From Octopus sinensis (taxonomy: Eukaryota): a stretch of 40,598 bases of DNA. The stretch spans positions 1-40,598 of the forward strand of contig NW_021834217.1 of assembly GCF_006345805.1 (NCBI RefSeq), read 5' to 3'. Position 1 is the first letter of the stretch. The number at the start of each line of letters is the position of its first letter. Of this stretch, positions 33,753-40,598 are shown piece after piece. The notes below the pieces were generated by a model. It saw nothing but the letters and a program-made list of their open reading frames with translations. It was not told the origin of the DNA and did not search any database. Position numbers and translations under genes: made by a program.

Positions 33753-33775
33753 TAATAATAATAATAATGATAATA

Positions 33776-33814
<39 letters not shown>

Positions 33815-33825
33815 TAATAATAATG

Positions 33826-33900
<75 letters not shown>

Positions 33901-33901
33901 T
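33631..33901. repeat. (TAA)n microsatellite
   Basis: Directly visible. Confidence 0.97.
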
Positions 33902-34349
33902 TCTGCTCAATACCACAGACTTGCTTGTCAGTTACTTGACTGTAACTAGTTGAGCATGCCCCTTGGTAGCTGACGATATGTGCATCTCTGATCATGAGCA
34001 GAAGTACTGGGGGGGGGGGTATCATAGCCATGTGTTGAGAGGAATTCTTTGGGGTTTGAATAATTCACCTGTGGAAACATGGGTATTTTGCTCATCATCT
34101 TTGAAACAAACCTTATTCAGGGACCTTTTGAGCAGGATGGGCTACTCAACCAGAAGAAAATTCTAACTGGGCCCCACCTGCAAGGTCATGTGCTGTTTAT
34201 CTTGATATGAGATCACCATGTCACGCACATATGGTTGTGATGCATGTGGCTGATGTACCCTTATCTGATGGGTAGTCATGATGGGTATACTGGGCTTTGT
34301 ATATTTTACCCCAGTGTCACTTTGATGGCTTGCACTACTCTCTAATCAA

Positions 34350-34388
<39 letters not shown>

Positions 34389-34781
34389 CGGTGGTGGTGG
34401 TAATTGCTTCCCGTGTGTTTTAGAGTTACATGAAATGAAGTGTGTTGTTCCCTGGCAAATGACAGCCGCTGACACAGACAGATATTTATAAATAGACAAA
34501 CAAGGAAGTGAAAATAAAATTTGAAGGAAAAAGAAAAAAGCAACAACAGTGAAATGATTGAAAAGAATATTTGAAGAGAGGGAGGGAGAGAGAGGGAGAG
34601 GGGGAGAGAGGGAGAGAGAGGGGGAGAGAGGGAGGGAGAGAGAGGGGGAGGTAAAGAATAAGGCAGAGTAGAGAAAAACAAAACCCAAAAAAGTAACAGA
34701 ACTGAAATGGGAAGCTGAATGAAGAGTCGGAATTTCCAAGCCTGCCATCACAACAATACAAACGAGATATAAAGCTGATAG

Positions 34782-34942
34782 GTGCAGGTGTGGCTGTGTG
34801 GTAAAAAGCTTACTTCCCAACCACAAGGTACCAGGTTCAGTCACCTGTGTGGCACCTTGGGGAAGTGTCTTCTACTATAGCCTTGGGTTGACCAAAGCCT
34901 TGTGAGTGGATTTGGTAGATGGAAACTGAAAGAAGCCTGTCA
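34782..34942 (+). mobile_element. CORE-type tRNA-derived SINE
   Basis: GGTGTGGCTGTGTGGTAAAAAGC...GGTTCAGTC...GCACCTTGGGGAAGTGTCTTCTACTATAGCC (CORE-like ACCTTGGGCAAGT)...GGAAACTGAAAGAAGCC. Confidence 0.82.
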
Positions 34943-36227
34943 CGCACATATGTGTGTGTATGTATGTATGTATGTATATCAAGGACGTATATAGCAGGTG
35001 TGCCAGGTGTGCACTGAACACCTGTCGACAGTGGCAAATTCATTATAAAATATTGACCTTACTCGTTAATTTAATCACAAATCTTAACGGAAAACTTTTG
35101 TTAAGCTCCTGCTTGAAATTTGGTGGCACTGGGTGTGGCAGCACATCCAATACAATAATCACCATACGCCAGTGCGTATGTATGTATGTGTAAGTATATA
35201 TCTATGTGTCTACGTCTGTGCTTCCAACCCCCCCCCCCACCAACACAGCTTAACAACCGGTGTCGGCATATTTATGTCCCCGTAACTTAACAGTTCGGCA
35301 AAAGTATAAGTAGTAGGCTTTAAGGAGTAAGTCCTGGTGCCAATTTGTTTGACTAAAAGACTTCAAGGCAGTGCCCCAGCATGGCCACAGTCTCACAACT
35401 AAAACAAATAAAAGAATAAACAATAGTCGCATTAGTTTAAGAAATGGGGGTCAGTGCCCTGACAGCGTCTCACTGCACCTGCCATCTGTTGGTGACTCCT
35501 TACAAGTCATGCAGCACTCGGGTGACAACCTTCCAAACGCATGGGTCTGTTTGGGAAGTTGTTGCTGTTGAGGGTTTTACAAAGTCAGAGTACAAATCCA
35601 GCCTCATCCTCTATTAATCAGCTTTTATGATAAGCAGAGGAAATGCTGGGTCTATGCTTTGACATGTCAGTCCCCACATGGCTCCAGAGCAATGTGAAAT
35701 GAAGGGTTCTGTTCAGGGACATGCCACCTGAGTCGAGGATCGAACCCACAATCTCATGTCATGCATACAGCAGCCTAACCACCGAGCCATATCCTTTCCA
35801 ACCCCATGGCTTCAGGTTCAATCCCGCTGCGCCGCACATTGGACCAGCCAAAGACTTGTGAGATGATTTGGTAGATGGAGACTGTAAGAAGCCCATCATA
35901 TATATCTATGTAAATACATATTTATATATACACATAAATAGATATATATATATATATGTATATATATATTTACACGCATATAAATACATATATATATACA
36001 CATAAATATCTATATACATGCATATAAATATATATATATATATAAATACATATATATATACACACACACACATATATATATATCTATACACACACATAAA
36101 TATATATATATATACACACACATATAAATACATATATTTATATGTATGTCTATGGAACCTTTGGTAGGTGTCTTCTACTATAGCCTCAGGTCAACCAAAG
36201 CACACATGCATGCATACACACACATAT

Positions 36228-36385
36228 ACGACGGGCTTCTTTCAGTTTCCAATCTAATGCACTCAGAAGAGTCTGGTCGGCCCGAGGCCACAGTAGAAGT
36301 CACCTAGCCAAGGTGCTGCGCCATGGGTTTGAACCTAGAACTACATGGTTGGGGAGCAAAATTCTCACCACACGGCTACGCCTGG
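36228..36385 (-). mobile_element. CORE-type SINE
   Basis: Reverse-complement match to 34782-34942. Confidence 0.78.
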
Positions 36386-37827
36386 ATATATATATCTATA
36401 CACACACACTGACGAGAAATACAAGTTGACCTACTTTCAGCAGACTATGAAATTTCACATGACAGCCACACAATGTACATATATACACCACACATATACA
36501 CACACATATATATATATACACCACACATATACACATATGCGGGGCGTGGGGGTAGTAATGACAATTCAGCTGGACTTTTTCCTCCTCTTCCTCCTACTCT
36601 CCATATATTCATACATAAACACAAATACATACATGCTTATATATATATACACACACACTCCTATATATACACAACACACACACACTTATACACATATACA
36701 TACACATTTATGTACACATGCACACACACATCCATGATTCTATACACATACATGTTTACACACATACAAATATATGCACCTGTTTATACACACACCTACA
36801 CATTCAGACAGACGCATGTATACATGTGCATATATATATATATATATATATGTATACACACACACTGTTGAGATTCAGATATATCCTTATATACAGAGGC
36901 ACACATGTCTTTCACCTCCAGGTATATAGACAGAAGCCAGAAGGGATGTTTGGTTAAGAAGTTTGTGTGATTTGGGGTTCAAGTCCCGCTGTGAGGCATT
37001 CTGGCATAAATTTCACAGATATATCATTACGAAACAGCTGTTTTATCAGCAATAACTATAACAATTCTAAAATTATATAATTAAGATAAATCTATATTAA
37101 TAAAAGAGAAATTCTGTCCATCTGGGACCCCTGTATCTTGGTCTATATGTGCTCTATATAGACATTTTATACCCTTTTTTCCAAGCTCTCGTTAGTTTAG
37201 GGCTGCGGGTCCAATTAGCCCTCTGCAGGAGCTAGTTTAAAAGTCCACATGGAGTGCAGCTTTTAACCTAGTAATTAATATAAACGAATTTAAATTAATT
37301 GAGTTTTATCCTTCGTTATTGAGTTAAACACCTTCCATCCTGCACCACCACCCCATAATTTTTGAAATTTCAGCTCCCATATCTCAGCCCCTAGTCACTG
37401 TGTGCCCTAAGTGTACTCCTTTTACCCCCAATTTCATCACTTCCCCCCTCTATTCACTTCTTTAGTACATCTTCCAACTGCATATATTTTGTCTTCATAG
37501 AGCTCATTTTAGGCCTAACTGCTATATATTGGATCGTCCCATAAAGAATGGGGTTTCTTTATACTTTTTTACTTTTCAAAATTGAGGCAAAGTTCTTTTT
37601 TAATCTGAAATATACTCTCTTTCATTTTCTACAAAGCTCTTCTGTCTATCTGGTAGACTTGCAAGGCCCCTCTTTCAAGGTTCATTTGTCCCTGATTAAA
37701 AATACTCTTCCAGTACGGTACTGCCCTTGTCTACAGAATTCATGTCTTTTCCATGCAAATATAATATATGTATATATATATAATATATATATATAATACT
37801 TTATTTTAAGCAGCAGAAATTCAACAA

Positions 37828-37870
37828 AATCTGTTACTCTGAGTTTCTCGTTGCCGTTCATCAGACAGTT
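37828..37870 (-). ncRNA. Type I hammerhead motif (mirror copy of 40032-40074)
   Basis: Exact reverse complement of the right-arm motif. Confidence 0.62.
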
Positions 37871-38951
37871 CTTGCTAGAATGGAACATATATATTAATTC
37901 AATCTATACTCTTACAAACGCTACACCTTTAAAAAGAAATGGACTTGTTTGATTGGCCCTTTAGAAAAAACGGTCAATCTTCGAGGGATAACAAAAGGGT
38001 CAAAAATATATGTATATATATATAAAACTTATAAAAATATAAATCCGAGGAAAATACCGAGGAAAAAACCTGTTGCCGTTAATGAAGACAGTACAAATTA
38101 ATGCATAGAAATTAAACCCGTTATAAATACTGCAATACATATTTTATTAAAATCCACATATATATATCAACATACACAAAGGATGCGCGTAAACGCCATA
38201 CATACATATACAGACGTATGAATATGAATCTAAATTATACACATAAAAGCATGTGTACATATATTCACGCAAAACGTCTCGCACGCAAGCTAAAATTCAT
38301 CTATGTAGCAATTCTCATATACTGAGCAAGGAGGGGGAACGAAAGAAAGGAAAGAGAGAAAAAGGAACGAAGGAGGGGTGGGGAAAAAAATTTGTAGCGA
38401 TGTTATTTGGCATCTATAGAGGCCAGTATACATACACAAGTTTGAATCGATACATATACATACCGTCGTGTGTATGCGTGCTTAAGCACAAGCATACTTT
38501 CACTTACACATACACAGATACGTATGCTTACAAATACATATGCTTTGCTATACACAAACTTATATAAACATTCTAAATTTGACAACATTGCTTTTTATAT
38601 AAAAAAACATTGGTTTTAAAAATTCGGTGCATTAATAAAAATATATACGAAAGACCTATAAAATAAAATATAACATCCTATTTTGGGTCATTTATAAATA
38701 ATCAAGGTAATATAAATAATCAAGGTAATTTTATGCAATACAATAACATGAAAACAAAGTTTGTAGGTTTTTCCTAATATATATGTAGAAACAATAAGAC
38801 TTTGCTATAGGTCCGTTGCAGCGCTCAAGAGTCAAAATCAAAATCAAAAAATCAAAATACAAAATATACTCTATCCATATGGTATATTATATTCGACATT
38901 TTTAAATTTAGCCTTGTGCCTACATAAGTTCATTAATTCACTTCTTTGATT

Positions 38952-39029
38952 CAAAGAAGTGAATTAATGAACTTATGTAGGCACAAGGCTAAATTTAAAA
39001 TGTCGAATATAAATATACCATATGGATAG
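38952..39029 (+). pseudogene. C-terminal remnant of a Penelope-like ORF (post-GIY-YIG tail)
   Basis: QRSELMNLCRHKAKFKMSNINIPYG* resembles the recalled PLE C-terminal motif NKRSEL(I)SKCRH..KF. It is mirrored on the minus strand just left of the centre. Confidence 0.7.
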
Positions 39030-40031
39030 AGTATATATTTTGTATTTTGATTTTTTGATTTTGATTTTGACTCTTGAGCGCTGCAACGGACCTATAGCAA
39101 AGTCTTATTGTTTCTACATATATATTAGGAAAAACCTACAAACTTTGTTTTCATGTTATTGTATTGCATAAAATTACCTTGATTATTTATATTACCTTGA
39201 TTATTTATAATGACCCAAAATAGGATGTTATATTTTATTTTATAGGTCTTTCGTATATATTTTTATTAATGCACCGAATTTTTTAAACCAATTTTTTTTA
39301 TATAAAAAGCAATGTTGTCAAATTTAGAATGTTTATATAAGTTTGTGTATAGCAAAGCATATGTATTTGTAAGCATACGTATCTGTGTATGTGTAAGTGA
39401 AAGTATGCTTGTGCTTAAGCACGCATACACACGACGGTATGTATATGTATCGATTCAAACTTGTGTATGTATACTGGCCTCTATAGATGCCAAATAAATC
39501 GCTACAATTTTTTTCCCCACCCCTCCTTCGTTCCTTTTTCTCTCTTTCCCTTTCTTTCGTTCCCCCTCCTTGCTCAGTATATGAGAATTGCTACATAGAT
39601 GAATTTTAGCTTGCGTGCGAGACGTTTTGCGTGAATATATGTACACATGCTTTTATGTGTATAATTTAGATTCATATTCATACGTCTGTATATGTATGTA
39701 TGGCGTTTACGCGCATCCTTTTGTGTATGTTGATATATATATGTGGATTTTAATATAAATATGTATTGCAGTATTTATAACGGGTTTAATTTCTATGCAT
39801 TAATTTGTACTGTCTTCATTAACGGCAACAGGTTTTTTCCTCGGTATTTTCCTCGGATTTTATAATTTTTATAAGTTTTTATATATATATACATATATTT
39901 TGACCTTTTGTTTATCCCTCGAAGATTGACCGTTTTTTCTAAAGGGCCAATCAAACAAGTCCATTTCTTTTTAAGGTGTAGCGTTTGTAAGAGTATAGAT
40001 TGAATTAATATATATGTTCCATTCTAGCAAG

Positions 40032-40074
40032 AACTGTCTGATGAACGGCAACGAGAAACTCAGAGTAACAGATT
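40032..40074 (+). ncRNA. Minimal type I hammerhead motif
   Basis: AACTGT-CTGATGA (40038-40044)-A-CG-GCAA-CG-A-GAAA (40055-40058)-CT-CAG-AG-TA-ACAG(A)TT. Stem I is CTGT/ACAG, stem II has a GNRA loop, and the triplet is GUA (40065-40067). Confidence 0.62.
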
Positions 40075-40184
40075 TTGTTGAATTTTCTGCTGCTTAAAAT
40101 AAAGCATATTACTCTACCACTGGTATTTGAGTACTCTTTTTTCCACCTTGTTTCACATTTATGTGTTACTCCGGTATATATATA

Positions 40185-40231
<47 letters not shown>

Positions 40232-40351
40232 GAATTCACAAAATAAAAAAAGAGCACCACCTCGATGGGGTTTTAGTTGAGAAAATAAGACCCCAGGACT
40301 TATTCTATCATTCTCTTTTGCCAAACTGCTAAGTTACAGGGATGTAAACAC

Positions 40352-40590
40352 CAGGGCTGTGGAGTCGGAGTCAGTAAAACTATACTGACTCCAATCCTGA
40401 TTCACAATGTCTTTATTCCTTAATATAAACCAGTTGTAACCTATAGGCCGACTCAAGTACAAGCGTATGCATGTGCTTTATGAGATGTGTAGACCACAAT
40501 CACTTGATTACATAAAGAAGAGTCAGAGTCAGAGGTGCCAATGGTAGAGGAGTCGGAATCGAAGGTTTTTGTTTTGATTCCACAGCTCTG
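40352..40590. mobile_element. MITE-like element with 15-bp TIRs and internal GGAGTC repeats
   Basis: CAGGGCTGTGGAGTC ... GATTCCACAGCTCTG (13/15). It interrupts or abuts a SINE-like repeat. No target-site duplication is visible. Confidence 0.6.
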
Positions 40591-40598
40591 ATGCAAAA

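Larger units (their letters stand above)
37799..40104. mobile_element. 2.3-kb palindrome: two head-to-head copies of a Penelope-like 3' end
   Basis: Arms are reverse complements around the single nucleotide 38950. Each arm starts with a PLE ORF tail and ends with a hammerhead motif followed by AATAAA. Confidence 0.85.

Noticed and set aside
37799-40104. Palindrome as a simple fold-back read chimera
   Set aside because: Sequence outside the arms differs on the two sides and the arms end at a biologically sensible PLE terminus. An artefact is not fully excluded without reads.

Overview
AT-rich, repeat-dense eukaryotic genomic DNA. The SINE and LINE repertoire and the very long (TA)n tracts suggest an octopus or other coleoid cephalopod (inference). 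The only intact gene is a single-exon 5.55 kb ORF (19897-25446, +, 1849 aa): a short helical N-terminal module followed by about six tandem NHL/SGL-like beta-propellers. The rest is mobile DNA and microsatellite: four larger 5'-truncated RTE LINE copies, CR1/L2-group fragments, an R4/Dong 3' end in (TAA)n, an internally deleted Chapaev3-like transposase, many tRNA-derived SINEs and MITE-like hairpins. The main hidden pattern is three unrelated fold-back elements (5166-5429, 27592-28258 and a 2.3 kb palindrome at 37799-40104). Each carries a type I hammerhead ribozyme motif near one end and an inverted copy of that end on its other side. The palindrome also preserves the C-terminus of a Penelope-type ORF. 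Two of the three hammerhead families share a non-canonical A.A at positions 10.1/11.1. All calls come from reading the sequence by eye; no database searches or folding programs were run, and repeat boundaries are approximate.
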